Shown piece by piece: positions 42,490 to 57,058 of a stretch of 64,000 nucleotides of DNA; position 1 is the stretch's first letter, and every line of letters begins with the position of its first letter. Source of the DNA: Octopus vulgaris (taxonomy: Eukaryota); assembly GCA_951406725.2 (NCBI GenBank), contig OX597829.1, positions 8,122,001 to 8,186,000 of the forward strand, written 5' to 3'. The notes below the pieces were generated by a model. It worked only from the letters and a program-made list of their open reading frames with translations. It searched no databases and was not told where the DNA came from. Both the position numbers and the translations under genes were made by a program.

Positions 42490-43690
42490 TACACTATAAA
42501 TGCCATCCCTTCAGTAATATTCTTTACAGTTAGTTTTAAAGGAAGTTGGTGGAGTTTGTGTCTTCTCACCTATATTCTCAGATTGTTCTTGTTCTAACAA
42601 CATCAGCTTCTCGTTAAATGAACTTTCTCCAGGGGACATCAGCAACTCAGTTGCATCATACTCTATGCTTTCTTCGAACCCCACTCATTTGAAAGTGTCA
42701 CAGCACCTTTCAGAATTTGATATAGACTTTCTGATTGTGGAAAAACTTGTAAATAAGGGGACAGCTTGCCTATTTGTTTTTCCAGTCACCATTCATTGTT
42801 GAAGGTTTCACTTCATCCAATGTCTTAGTTGTTATCTACAACGTCCATGATGGTGAACTTTGTTCAGAAGTCTCTAACTGTAGGTTTATACTCCCTGTTA
42901 GGCGCATTCTTTAATTGTTTGAAATTTTTTTTCGTATATTATATCTTGAAGTTAGCTATTACATCTTGATCTATTGGCCGGAGCAAAGAAGTACTTTGGG
43001 GAATACATTCAATTATCAGAAACCACATTTAAGTTCGTCGTGTAACTTGTTATATTGTCTAAAAGAAGCAATATTTTGTTGGAAATATTGTGCCTGACAC
43101 TATACTGTTCTGCAAATGAATGTTTGCAAACTACTCTTTGAAAAGGGTTTCAGTCATCCATGGCTTCTTACTCGAATGCCAAAGCAGAGATAGTTTAAAT
43201 TTCGGAGTAATACTCAAGTAGATATAGATGCTTTAATTTCATATCATCAGCAACATTTTCCCCTAGAAGAAGCGTCAGAGGATGTTAAAAAACTTTAAAT
43301 CCTAGTGTGGTTGTTTTTTTCTTCTGGTCAATTAAAAATTCTAGCAGTCTAGCGTTTTCAGAAAGGTGCAGTTTCATCAACATTGTATACTTGTTGCAAA
43401 GTGTACCTCCCTTTAGCAACTATATATTTAAGCTACTCAAGATAATTAGTACCAGCCTTTATATCAGTATTCTCAGCTTCACCTGTCGTTATTATCATTT
43501 GCATATTCATATGCTTCTTAAACTATCCAAGACAACCTTTACTACCCTTTTCATTAGCTGTTTCATTTTCCAATTTCTGTTAATCGCCATACAGATTTTT
43601 TACTTGATTTTGAATTATGTGTGCTTATCTACACATTCCATCGAGCTTGATCCTCGATTCAAATATTCAAGAATCGTCCCATTTTAAGTA
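42490..43690 (-). mobile_element. Decayed pogo/Tigger transposase
   Basis: Minus strand remnants TGEAENTD..KGRYTLQQVYNVDETA..LTLLLGENVADDMKLK..WHSSKKPWMT..NKILLLLDN. Confidence 0.8.
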
Positions 43691-44109
43691 GCACAATACC
43701 GCGAATGTCGAAAACAACGACGCGCAAAATTTCACGTTGGCTCTTTGTTCCAAATTTCTGACCATGACAAAAATCTCAGACTACAGCATCACAAAAACAC
43801 AAATTTACAACTTGAGAAGTAAACACAGTGATATCACTCGGTACACTGCCTCGTGAAGGTCACTGCTAGCTGTGCATAAAATCGTGTGCTGCCATGTGTT
43901 GTTGCGTTGCAGAACTACTTCGGGAACTTCTTGATATCACCTCGTATATGGATATGTACGTACGTATGTATGTACGTATGTATGTATGTATGTATGTATG
44001 TATGTATGTATGTATGTATGTATGTATGTATGTATGCATGCATGCATGCATGTATGTATGTATGTATGTATGTATGTATGTATGTATGTATGTATGTATG
44101 TATATATAT

Positions 44110-44607
44110 GTATTTTTACGTTCGCTATTTCCAGTAAATATCGGTACTTAGTTGTGCCATTTATTTACTAATTTGTGTATTTTTCCCTCACGGGCTACTT
44201 TTTACTGGAAGGCAATACTTTGTATTGCATTACTGATATTTTGAAACTTCTTCACCGTTTCTCGTACTGTTAGCGTTCCGTATTTCAGTCGAGTGTGTTA
44301 GTATTAATGTGGTAACATAGTAGATTTCGTCTTGGTATATGTTTGGCTGAAGAAGGTAAAGCAAAATATGAGTGAGAGACATATCTTGCAAAACCTGAAA
44401 CCTGCAGGTACCACATTATTCATTTTCCGGGTGTTTCATCTTTCAGATGTTCTCCCTGGAGGTAAGACGGTTTTTTTTTCTCTATTTTGTTGCACACACG
44501 CATTTTTGCTAATACATACGCGGTGAAGCTACACATTAGCGTCGTATTTTTACGTTCGCTATTTCCAGTAAATATCGGTACTTAGTTGTGCCATTTATTT
44601 ACTAATT

Positions 44608-44610
<3 letters not shown>
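44110..44610 (+). mobile_element. Non-coding terminally redundant HHR element (434-nt unit, 67-nt direct terminal repeat)
   Basis: 44110-44176 identical to 44544-44610; HHR at 44344-44413; flanked by (TATG)n and (TA)n. Confidence 0.85.
44344..44413 (+). ncRNA. Type I hammerhead ribozyme
   Basis: TGG-CTGAAGA-AGGT..GCAAAATATG[loop]CATATCTTGC..ACCT-GAAACCTGCAGGTA-CCA; 10-nt palindromic stem III, GUA site. Confidence 0.92.
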
Positions 44611-44671
<61 letters not shown>

Positions 44672-45170
44672 CACGAGGGTTACTGAAAAGTTCCGGGCTC
44701 TGGGTAAAAAAAGAAAATACAGAAGGATAAGTTAATTATGATTTTATTCAACATATTTCCGTTTTGGATTCACACATTTATTGTACAGCGGTCTTTCAGT
44801 TTTTCTAAGCTCTGTAAAAAGACTCGGAAAGTTGGGCTTCCAACCAAACCTTTCGCGATACCCTTTAACCTTTTCTACTGTTTCCAGATCCCTCTCGTAT
44901 ATATATATATAACATAACATGACAACAACAATAAAAATAGAGAAAATTACATCATTAATTGGTGATTACATATTTAAATCCAGAAAATACAAGTCTAATT
45001 CTTAGTTCACTTTGAACCTAACCAGTTCTGGATTGTTTTGATGACGATTGTTTAATATATACTTTCGGATATATAATTTTGACTGATATTTTCTGAATAT
45101 TTTCTAAATACGCTGACGATCATCGCTATTGTATTGTGTATTTACCAATTAAAGATGTGATCATTCTCCG

Positions 45171-45328
45171 TTCTTCTTCTTCTTCTTCTTCTTCTTCTTC
45201 TTCTTCTTCTTCTTCTTCTTCTTCTTCTTCTTCTTCTTCTTCTTCTTCTTCTTCTTCTTCTTCTTCTTCTTCTTCTTCTTCTTCTTCTTCTTCTTCTTCT
45301 TCTTCTTCTTCTTCTTCTTCTTCTTCTT
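45171..45328. repeat. (TTC)n microsatellite
   Basis: Pure trinucleotide run; source of poly-E/K/S ORFs. Confidence 0.97.
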
Positions 45329-45526
45329 GCATTTATTGGTGTCTGATTGTTTGATATAATTAACCAAATTCGCTTAACACAGTGCTTTACAGATATCTGC
45401 CTGGGTTTTTTAATCTCACCTTAATATATGCACATATATATATGTATGTGGGTATGTATGTATGTATGTATGTATGTATGTATGTATGTATGTATGTATG
45501 TATTAATATATGTATATATCTATATG

Positions 45527-45591
<65 letters not shown>

Positions 45592-45592
45592 G

Positions 45593-45684
<92 letters not shown>

Positions 45685-45725
45685 CCTGTCTGTCTGTCCT
45701 GTCTGTCTATCTATCTATCTATCTA

Positions 45726-45856
<131 letters not shown>

Positions 45857-45989
45857 GCTGCCATTCAGTTTGAGCGAAACATTACGAGCAAACAGTACTT
45901 TCAACGAAAGTTAACTTAAAGCGAAATATATACTATCGTATATATTACGATTCAGTTATTCAAAGTTATTAGAAGCGTTCGTAACTAAC

Positions 45990-47220
45990 TTATCATGGGC
46001 ATTCTTTCGAATCGTGGCGAAACCAAAATAGACTATGATGGTTTCATCTATAGAAAGAGTAAAGCTAATCAAACTACAATTACATAGCATTGTGAAATGA
46101 AATGTTGCAGAGGGTTGTTGAGTACCTCATTGGAATACCAAAAGGATAGAAATTACGTTGAGAAAGGAGAACACTTGCATGCTCAGGAACCTTTTGAAAT
46201 CGGTGTAGAAAAAGTTAAAGAAAATGTGTGCAAAGCTGCTGTAACAGCGCATGATCCACCAAGACGCATACTACAAGATGCCATCACTGGTCTACCAAAC
46301 GAACTTGCAGCAAAAATTGGATCAGGAACAACATTAAAACGTACGGTATTTAGGAGGCGAAGAACTAGTCTCTACTCCCTCCATCAGCTGCATACATTTG
46401 TTATTCTGGAATCCCTGCAGTCTACTTTCACGGGCGATAATTTTATTCTTCATGACAGTGGTATAAGTGGTGATAAAAGGATAATAATTTTTGGCATTAA
46501 TGAAAGTCTTACCTGGCTGAAAGACAATTGTTAATGGTTAGCTGGCGGAACTTTCAAAATGGTTCCAAGTATTTTCCTACAAATTTTTACGGTGCATGCA
46601 TTGATAAAGGAAAGTATAATACCTTGTATATATGCTTAACTTACGAATAAATGTGAGGGAACTTACACCAAACTGAAAGAACTAGAATCATAGCTAGAGC
46701 CTATCTCCGTCTTCGAAATTGCTTCAAGAAATGCAATAATACACCCATTCCAGTACTCAAGCATAACAGGATGTTTCTTTCTTCCGTTTGAGACAGTGTG
46801 TATGGAGAAAGATTATTAACGAAGCTCTAAGTGAAAGATATGTTAGCAAAGAAAATGTTCGAATGTTAATCAAAATGATAACCTGCCAAGCATCTCTCTC
46901 AATAGACGATGTCATAGTAAGGTTTCACGCCATGTATGAGTTGGAAAATTACGATGAAGATCTTGACATTGTTTTCGATTATTTCGAAGATAACTATATT
47001 GACTTCCCATTGGCAAACAACCGTAGCAGAAATCCGAAATTTTCTATATCACTGTGAAACGTTCTTCAGATGGATCTCCTGCGAACAAATAATTCCGTAG
47101 ATAGGTAGCACGCTGCTTTCAAAGGCGGTCTCTCTTGTAGTCACCCGATAGTTTGGCTCTTAATAAAGGCTTCAAAAAGGGAAGAGAGCCTACAAAGGAC
47201 TTGATTTCACTCAAACAACT
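45990..47220 (+). mobile_element. Decayed Mutator-like (MULE) transposase with FLYWCH-type domain
   Basis: DYDGFIYRK..HCEMKCCRG..EHLH; WLAGGTFKMVP..QIFTVH..PCIYA.LTNK; GCFF..QCVWRKI; FDYFEDNYI; RTNNSV. Confidence 0.85.
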
Positions 47221-47281
47221 GGATAAGCACACACACATACACACATACACATATACATGTATATGTATATTTGTATATATC

Positions 47282-47320
<39 letters not shown>

Positions 47321-47324
47321 TTGA

Positions 47325-47510
47325 AATTTACGGAAAAACAAATTACGAAGACAGGTATATGAACAACAAATAGGTGTATTAGTTTGACGCTCGGAAAAGT
47401 GAGAAAGTCTTTTACGTTTCGAGCCTACGCTCTTTAACAGAAAGGAATATGAGGAAATAAATAGAGAGAATAAAAAAACTTGTGGATTTAGCGGTCAATC
47501 ATGGCGAATG
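47325..47510 (-). mobile_element. Short HHR-bearing element (core CTGTTAA at 47409-47444)
   Basis: Homologous to 26175-26370; GAGC(gtag)GCTC-GAAACGTA-AAAG retained. Confidence 0.65.
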
Positions 47511-47526
47511 TATATATATATGTCTG

Positions 47527-47603
<77 letters not shown>

Positions 47604-47718
47604 ATCTACATTCATGAATACAGGCATACATACATGTATGTATATGTATGTATATATATATATAAATACCTACCTACCTAACTACCTACCTACCTACCTA
47701 CCTGCATACATACATACA

Positions 47719-47749
<31 letters not shown>

Positions 47750-47771
47750 GTATATATATATATATATATAT

Positions 47772-47816
47772 TCGTCTAAGTCGAAAGACGCATGTTGCGA
47801 TGTCCAGTTATTGTTG

Positions 47817-47884
<68 letters not shown>

Positions 47885-48150
47885 GTTTTTTCGTATTATT
47901 TTTGTATTCCTATTCGTGTAACATCGTCCGTTTTTCCGTCCTTATTTCGTATACATTCGAAGCTTTTTTCCAAAGAATCTAATGCGCTTAGCTTAGTTTT
48001 TCCTTGAGGCTTGCCAGGTTGGAGCAATCTCAAGATTAATCAGCCGAAATTGCGAGGATGATCTGGTTCTTGACTGAAGATCGAAGGCTGTATTTTTTGT
48101 ATCGTCTTCTGAATGTTTTGCGTTCTTGTCCCATTTTTTATTTTTTTATA
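47772..48150 (+). mobile_element. Second copy of the 25418-26160 repeat family
   Basis: High similarity over about 250 nt, with an internal (TAT)n expansion. Confidence 0.7.
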
Positions 48151-48199
48151 TATATATATATAGGTGAGAAAGTTTGGTTTGTGAAAGCACGTGGTTGAA

Positions 48200-49283
48200 T
48201 ATATAGAAAATAGTAAAAAGTGAAAAAACTACAGAAGGCTTGTTTTAAAAGGTTAAAAAATATATATTTGAGTCAATAATTGACAGACATTACCCAGCTC
48301 AACTCATAGAGGATGGGATCAGACGTGCAACAGAAATCAACATAGAAACTTTAAGAAAAGTTCAACACAACAACACTCCTTCCCCGAAAATACTACCTTA
48401 CATATCCACATACAACCCCAGAAACAAAGAAGCCTTCACCATAATCACCCAGAATTTACCAATACTTCATAAGGACCCCAAATTAAAGGAAATTCTAAAC
48501 CTACACCAAATCATTAAAAGCTACAAACAACCTAAATCACTTAAAAAGATTCTCACAAAGGCAAAATTGTTTTCTGAAATTACGGATGCAAAAGTAAAAA
48601 AATGTGGTAGACCGAACTGTGCAACATGTCCAAACCTGCTAGAAGGATCAGAATTCCTCTTCAAAGAGGGACAGAAATTCAAGATCAAATCTAATTTTAC
48701 TTGTGCCTCTGAAAACATAATTTATGTCATAAAATTCTCGGTCTGCCACCATGACTACGTGGGGTCCACGGGACTATCACTCAGACGTAGATGCACACTG
48801 CATCGAAAACAGATTGCATTCCCAGAATACAGAATGATACCCTTTAGTGAGCACATTGAGAAATGCGCAAAGCAACTACTACCACAATTTTTAATCTTTC
48901 CATTCTACCAATGTGCTATCGGAACACCAACACAAATTAGACTAAACAAGGAAACATTCTTCATTGAAAAATACAAGCCCAAACTTAACCATTCCAACAT
49001 ACTTATACAGAGAAACTCAATCCAAAAGAAAGGCAAATAATTTTAAGCGATTATCTCCCTTACACCGGAAGAAATCACTTACTACCTCCCCTTATCTAGA
49101 TCTTCTTTCAAAGTAAACATAACGATTTAAGAAATTTGAAAAGCTGAACGCGAAACCGGTCATTTCTTCTAAACTATGACATTGTATGAAAAAAATTTAT
49201 AACATTCTTCAGAGATATTGACTCAAATATATATTTTTTAACCTTTTAAAACAAGCCTTCTGTAGTTTTTTCACTTTTTACTA

Positions 49284-49290
<7 letters not shown>
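48200..49290 (+). mobile_element. 5'-truncated PLE (GIY-YIG half) with short upstream inverted pLTR and decayed HHR
   Basis: RHYP..LPYISTYNPRN..KQPKSLKKILTKAKL, KCGRPNCATC, NIIY..YVGSTG..R..H, FPFYQC; 48205-48279 inverted at 49216-49290; HHR AAGAAAT-TTGAAAA-GC(tgaac)GC-GAAACCGGTC-ATTTCTT at 49129-49168. Confidence 0.9.
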
Positions 49291-49377
<87 letters not shown>

Positions 49378-49414
49378 GTCACTCCTGAACGTTCGCTCGC
49401 TATTCCCAGTAACT

Positions 49415-49520
49415 ATATATAAGACAGGTATAGGAACAAACAACTGTATTAGTTTGACGCTCGGGATAAGTGGAAGAGTCTTTTACGTTTCTAGCCTACA
49501 CTCTTCAACGGAAAGATATA
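49415..49520 (-). mobile_element. Short HHR-bearing element (core CCGTTGA at 49480-49515)
   Basis: Homologous to the copies at 26175 and 47325. Confidence 0.6.
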
Positions 49521-49559
49521 GGTGCGTCAGCTATAGAAGACTAAACATTAAAGATCCAT

Positions 49560-49770
49560 AACTGGCCCAGACTTGACCACTACGTCTGTGGCATTGTTGA
49601 GAAAGAGAGCAATAACTTTTGCCACAGTACCAAGTACTCGTTCATATCTGCTATTGGTGACGTTCTGACTAACATAAATAAAAATATCTTGTTCAATGCA
49701 TTCAATTATTTCGGAAGCCGAATCAAGGAAGTAATCGAGACTGATGACGGCTTTACTGAATATTTTTTTG
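49560..49770 (+). mobile_element. Tc1/mariner-superfamily transposase C-terminal fragment
   Basis: PDLDHYVCGIVEKESN..HSTKYS..NAFNYFGSRIKEVIETDDGFTE resembles the SPDLNPLDY.VW..F..R...VI...G..E terminus. Confidence 0.6.
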
Positions 49771-49870
49771 CTACTGTAAAAATATAGGGGATTTTCTAAT
49801 ATGTATTCTTGTTTTCCTTGAACTAAAATTCTTTTCTCGAAAACAGATGCATATATATAAACACACATAA

Positions 49871-49950
<80 letters not shown>

Positions 49951-49968
49951 TGTATGTATGTATGTATG

Positions 49969-50021
<53 letters not shown>

Positions 50022-50024
50022 GTG

Positions 50025-50062
<38 letters not shown>

Positions 50063-50085
50063 GTATGTATGTATGTATATATGTA

Positions 50086-50159
<74 letters not shown>

Positions 50160-50535
50160 TGTGTATATAAAGATATGAATATACACACACACTCACACAC
50201 ACATGTCTCTGTGTGTGAGTATCCATCTGTTTCAGAAAGGTCCTTGCGAAATAAAGCAGCCCAAGGGAGATATTCACAGCTCCCCCTCATTTGGCAACAG
50301 ATGAACTGATATAAGGGAGATAACCTGTCCTCGCAGACCCGGAATGGTTATTCGTTGGTGACTTACTAATCAACTGACCCTAACGGATACCTGGCTCCCA
50401 GAGATGAAGAGTTATATTTGACTTCGGTTTTAGAGTCAGACGAGCTGTCCACGGGGCAAGCGCTTTGTGGATGCAAAGCCATTGGTCACTCTATGACCGG
50501 ACATAGACTTAACTACACACACACACAAACACACG

Positions 50536-50595
<60 letters not shown>

Positions 50596-51171
50596 AATGA
50601 CTACTTGTACATGTATCTGTTATGATTAAAGGCAGATTTTCTCTGCCTGTTACCATGTTCGTTTTTAATACAATTCTACAATATAGAATTTCTTCAATTG
50701 GAATTTACCTATGATTAATCGAAGTAGATTCGATTGGGTCATGGCATATAAAGTTTTTTCAATTTGACCCCTAATTAAGCAAAAATTCAAGAAAAGTAAA
50801 TATTTTACGATTTGCCTCTCTCATTTCAAATGCTTTACTCATGCTATTACCAAACTTTCTCCTACTTTCTCTTTGCAAGTGTACCTTAAACCTACCACAC
50901 TTTCTGCTACTTTCTCTTTGCAAGTGTATACCACTATCATATCAGTCCTCTTTCTACCACTCTTATTCAACATCACACATTCTGCTACTTTCTCTTATTA
51001 ATGCTTCAACACTCCTCAAAAATAATTAAAGTGAAAGTATTATATAACAGGGATGAGCCATTAATAGTGATCATCCTTTTTGCTAGAAGAAGATCCGCTA
51101 TGGTCTTATATGCTACACCACTGGTTTTCAATTCATATTAATCAAATTAATATTCAATTTTTCACCCTTAT

Positions 51172-51222
<51 letters not shown>

Positions 51223-51999
51223 TAGCAATTCGTATAAAATTGCATCAATGACTTGAACTTGAATAAGTGGTTTCACATAAATGGGGATAAATTAAAAAGG
51301 TTTGTTGTTATTATTATTACTGGTTGACTATTGTAATCACGTTTGTTGGTTCCTCGTCAGGGAAACGTTGTTGTGTTGCATTTGTTAAATAATTGTAAAC
51401 CGTAACCCTCTCCCTTCAGGAGAAGGGGCTTTGGTTATTGTTTAAAAATTGAATTGTGTCCCTGTTTGGGGAAATTGACAATATTTTCACCGTCTTTACG
51501 GAAGCATTTTTGTTAAAATGCCTTCCATAGAAGAAAGTCCAAAAATGAATTTCGCTGCAGCCGTACACTTCTATACAAGAGGGAGGACAAGATCCAATTG
51601 ATCGAAATTGCAAGAGACGGGCCTACAATTCCAGTCTGTTATATATTTTGAGTATTGTTATCACTAGCGATATCAAGATATAACTTTGTATTTTGTATTT
51701 TATGTGTAGATGTATATATATAGATGTACATGTAATATGTACACATATATATACACATATATACATGCATAATATATCTACCCATACACACATAATCACA
51801 CACACACACATACATAGGGGCACGTGTGGCTGTGTGGTAACAAACTACGTTCCAAACACATGGTCCTGGGTTCAGTCCCACTGTGTGGTGACTTGGCATG
51901 TGTCTTCTGCTGTAGCTTCAGACCAACAAAAGCCTTCTCAGTGGATTTTGTACATATATACAGGCATACATACATATATATACATGCATACGTACATAT

Positions 52000-52630
52000 T
52001 CGGCATAAACACTCTACCACTACAACTAATAACTGTTGGGAACACTTTCAAACCTGCCTTACATTCGAACCGGAATCTCAAAAACATTGTCCCCTTCAGC
52101 GCCAAGCTCAACTGTTCTATCCTGACATGGAGGGTATCAGCAATGAAATCTATAACAAAACACTCATTGACGTTGGAGACAGAATTACTAAACTGGGTGG
52201 AAATGAATTGTCGACGTATAGCCTGCCACAAGCATTCAGGTCAGGGTCAAATAACCTTCCCACTGCTGTCATTCGTGAAACAACCTACGACCCTCAAGCG
52301 CTTTCAAAGTACATTGTTGAAAATGAGCCTAAATTACTTCCGGATCAGCTGCAGGCCTACAGAACTATACTTAACAGTGTACGCCAACTCGAGGGACGAA
52401 TCTTCTTCCTTGATGCTCCTGGAGGGACAGGAAAAACATTTATTACAAAGCTTCTCCTTGCAGAAGTTAGGTAGCATCAGGACATAGCAGTAGCTGTAGC
52501 CACCTCTGGCATTGCAGCTACTTTGTTACCCGGTGGCAGGACAGCACACTCAACTTTTAAACTCCCTCTCAATTTAGCAGCATCCGAAATGCCTTCATGC
52601 AACATCAACAAAAGCTCAGATCAGGGCCAA
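52000..52630 (+). mobile_element. Helitron Pif1-like helicase fragment
   Basis: DQLQAYRTIL..IFFLDAPGGTGKTFITKLLLAEVR*HQDIAVAVATSGIAATLLPGGRTAHSTFKLPL. Confidence 0.9.
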
Positions 52631-52811
52631 GATTTCCTCTTACTCCATCAGGAGCAGAAATTCCATTTACATTAACACCTTTTGTCAAGCGGTGGTGGGA
52701 GGAGATAAACACAGCCACAAAGATACACATACATAGCTATATAGTATACATTCAGTTTCTGTCTACCAAATCCACTCACAAGGCTTTCGTCGGCCTGAGA
52801 CTATGGTAGAA

Positions 52812-53010
52812 ACTAGCATAGTTTCCTGGTCCCTTGTTCTGCACATTGCCACTGTCTTCATGATATGTACATGAAACGAGGAGTCGCTGCTCATATCAAT
52901 CCCCAGATCACACACTGTACTTGAATCTGGGATTCTGCTCCTTTTGGTGATCACTGGCTAGCTGATAGCGGAGGGCTTGAAATTTACCTGCATTAAATTG
53001 CATGTTTTCA
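52812..53010 (-). mobile_element. CR1/L2-group LINE RT fragment
   Basis: NMQFNAGKFQALRY..V.DLGIDMSSDSSFHVHI. Confidence 0.65.
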
Positions 53011-53583
53011 GAAAAACAAAAGACGAAGACAGGTGTATAAAAAACAAGCAGGTGTATTAGTTTGACGTTCGGGAAAATGAGAGTGTCCCACACTGCCTGA
53101 CAATCGGTGATTGAGTGTTTATGTCCCCGTTCGGCAAAAGGAAACCGATAGAATAAGTACCAGGCTTTAAAAATAAGTACAGGGATCAATTCGTTCGACT
53201 AAAATTCTTCAATGCAGTGCCCCAGCATGGCCAGTTTAGTACCTGAAATATGTAACAGATAAAAAGATACAAACATACGGCCCTCAATCGTAAGATTATC
53301 ATTTCGACTCCCGTTCACCCAGCTGGCAAAAGGGATTTGTAATTGTAATTCAAATGGCCAGCCTTGCCTGAATGTCTCTGAGCACTACGTTAAGGGTACG
53401 TGTGTCCGTGGAGAGCTCGGCCACCTGTACTTTATTTTCACGAGAAGGTTGTTTCATTAATAGTATCAACTGGAATTCTCATCGTCGTAATCGATGGAGT
53501 ACTCGCTCTATATTAGAATTTACTGTAATATACAACTATTTCACATATATATACGCGCGCACACACACACATTTATATATATT

Positions 53584-53619
<36 letters not shown>

Positions 53620-54016
53620 TATATGAGTACAGAATGTCACCAACAGTAAATAACGTGAAATACGAAAACATGAATTAAATACGCAAATAACGAGAGAATA
53701 AAAAGGGACAAGTAATACAAAGAATGACCCTTCATCAGTTGTCAGCTGTCTATCTACTCCCCATTTCGAGCAATCAACGACAATCAGAGAGTTGCTTCAA
53801 TAAATACCAAAATAAAATTTTGGATTTATAGATGTTGTTATACACCACTGGTCGCAGTGCACTTTGCATCACCTTTACACCGTCTCTGGGTTAACCTGAA
53901 ACGAAATGTTTTGCTGAAGAACACAACACACTATCCGGTCCAATATTCGAACAGATGATCTAGTGATCGTGAGTGTAATACCCAACCCATTAGGCTACAT
54001 ATGCACATATATGTAT

Positions 54017-54084
<68 letters not shown>

Positions 54085-54095
54085 ACACACACATA

Positions 54096-54746
54096 CGTTA
54101 GAGTACCCAAAATTAACCGGAAACGTTCAAGGACCCTTTGCCATGAGCGAAACATATGTTTCATGGTGGGTTTTACGCTTTGGGAATTGTCAGTTGTCGC
54201 ATGAAGACCAACCTCGCCCAGGATAACCGTCGACCTCCCGAACGAATGAAAACATCACGAAAATTCATGAACTGATCTTGGAGAATCGTTGCCAAACAAT
54301 TGACGAACTTGTTGATATGAATGGTGTATCCTGGAGCTTCTGCCAACGAATTTTGAGCGAGGAATTGTGAATGAAAAGAGTTGCAGCAAAATTTGTGCCT
54401 CGCTTGCTCACGGAAGAATCAAAAGCAGTCACGACAGAATGCACGTCGTGAAGTGAAAGAACAGTTGGATGTTGATCAGGACCTTTTTTCGAAGGTCATC
54501 ACTGGTGACGGAAGCCGGTGGTACGGCATTTTCAGATGTGGAAGAGGTGAAGAAAGAAACGACGGAAGCATTAAAAGGCTTCACTTCGCAAGAGTTCAAG
54601 CAGTGCGTCGAACGTTGGAAAACGCGTCTGGACCGACGCATTGCTTCAAAGGCAAAATAATTTGAAGGCGATGAAAGTGTAAACATGTAAAGCTAAGTGA
54701 ATAAAATAATATTGCAAAATTCCGGTTTCTATTGGGTACGTCCTCG
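54096..54746 (+). mobile_element. Internally deleted mariner transposon
   Basis: TA-flanked TIRs ..GTACCCAAAATTAACCGGAA / TTCCGGTTTCTATTGGGTAC..; PRPG.PSTSRT, KRVAAKFVPRLLT, VITGD, FSDVEEVK..W..R..RCI-like..FEG. Confidence 0.88.
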
Positions 54747-54920
54747 TATATATCATTTATCTTTTACATGTTTCAGTCTTCAATGGTTTTAGCCGAACAA
54801 ATGAACGCCGGACTTACTCATTCTATCGGTCATTTAGCCGAACCGCTATGTTACGAGGATGTAAAACATCAAAACCTGTTGTCAGGCGATGGTGAGGGAC
54901 AAACACAGACACAAAGACAA

Positions 54921-54984
<64 letters not shown>

Positions 54985-55714
54985 ACATACACACATACAC
55001 ACACACACATATATGAGAATGCGTGTCTGTCTGTATGTGTGCATTACAAAAACTCGAGAACACAGACACACACGTTCGTACACACATGCCCTCCCATACA
55101 CACATAGACGCACGCGGACGCATATGCATGCGCATGCTCACGCACAGGTAGACATCGATTTATTCAAAATTTATCAAACAAAGAAGACGCTTTAACTGTC
55201 TTCAAGAGAAACGTTATATGGATGAACATGTGTGTTTGCGAAGAAGACAAAGAGAAAACCAAAGCCGCTATCTTATGTATATTAAAAATGACAGTATTTA
55301 ATAAAACACACAGACACATACGATGCACACACTTAGGTATAAACACACACACACGCAGACATAGACACACTCACACACTCATCTCGGACGAATCCCAACG
55401 CTGGAACATAAAAGAAATGGAAGTAGAGAGACGTGTCCCTGAAGAGATTGCAACAATGCGATGAAATAATTATTTGATAAAAAGAAAAAAAGAAAAAAGA
55501 AATGAGAACACTAACAATACTGAACATTTGAACGATTAAATGTTTGACCAAAGTGTATAACATATGAGTTTGGAAAACTAGTAAAAAACGGCTGATCGAT
55601 AAATTAGTTAACGGAGTAATTAAACCCATTAACTAACAATCACAATAAAGGACATCACCAGTGCATTTGTTTATTATTACTGGCATTATGCCCCTCCCAA
55701 GGTTCAATAGTATA

Positions 55715-55762
<48 letters not shown>

Positions 55763-55764
55763 CA

Positions 55765-57022
55765 CTGAAACTTACCATGAACTATTACTCAGAGAAATTG
55801 CAAAAAATATAAGGTTGTACCTTATGATACATTTAGAAAATTAAATTTAGAAGCTAGAAATATAATGTATGATTATAATTTAGAAGATAAAACAGAACCT
55901 TTCACTCCAATTAGACCACGTATAACAATTAAGGACCATAAAGAGAATTTCCCTAATACAACACAGGTTAGACTAATCTGTCCAAATAAATCTGACTTAG
56001 GCAAATTAATTCTAGACAAATATATTCCTATAGTTAGAAATAAAATTTAGCTTAATTTATGGAAAAACACACAAGGTGCATTAGAATGGTTTTCCAGTAT
56101 TAAGGTTGATAACGGTATTAACCATAAACTAATCCAATTTGATATTCAGAATTATTATTCATCAATTAACCCAGTAATACTTAACAAAGCTTTAATTTTT
56201 GCAAGGAAATATACTAATATTAGCATGAAGGAAATTAAGGTAATACTAGCGGCAAGAAAAACTGTTGTAGAATTTGACAATAAATTATGGGCTAGAAAGG
56301 AAACACCAGATTTATTTGATACTACAATGGGATCGCCGGATTCAGCGGAAACGACAGATTTGGTAGGGATTTATTTATTAGACAATTTAAGTAAGGAATT
56401 CCCTGAATTAAATGGCGGCCTTTATAGAGACGATGCTTTATTTTTAGTTAAGAATCTTTCGAACCGACGACTAGAAATACTTAAAAAACGCTTGCATAAA
56501 TTCTTTAAAAATGTCGGCCTATCTATTACTATCGAAAACGAAAATTACTCTAGATGTGAATTGTAACCTTAATACTGGACTCCAAGGACCTTATGTGAAA
56601 CAAAATTCAAATTTAAGATATATAAATAATTCTAGTAATTACCCTTCACAAATAAAAGAAGGACTACTATTGAGCATAAGTAAAAGAATTTCTAACTTAT
56701 CTTCGAATGAAGAGATATTTGATAGACATAGGGAAAATATAACTCAGCATTATATATAGGGCAGGATATAATGGTAAAATAAAATATATCCCTAATAATA
56801 ACCTTAACACTTATGATAAATTAACAACAACTAATAAACATTGGTTAGACAAATATAGCAATAATCCAAATAAAAAGAATAATTACAAAAACAATAATAA
56901 AAATATGAATAAAAGTATTAATAATAGTATGAATAGGATTAGAAATCCTATATTTACTACTACTACTACCACCACCACCATCACCACCACCACCATCATC
57001 ACCACCACCACCACCACTGCTG

Positions 57023-57058
<36 letters not shown>

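Noticed and set aside
44447-44461. Apparent 15-nt microexon TTTCAG|ATGTTCTCCCTGGAG|GTAAGA
   Set aside because: Lies inside the young 434-nt HHR element, so it is more likely a chance match; exonisation cannot be excluded without RNA data
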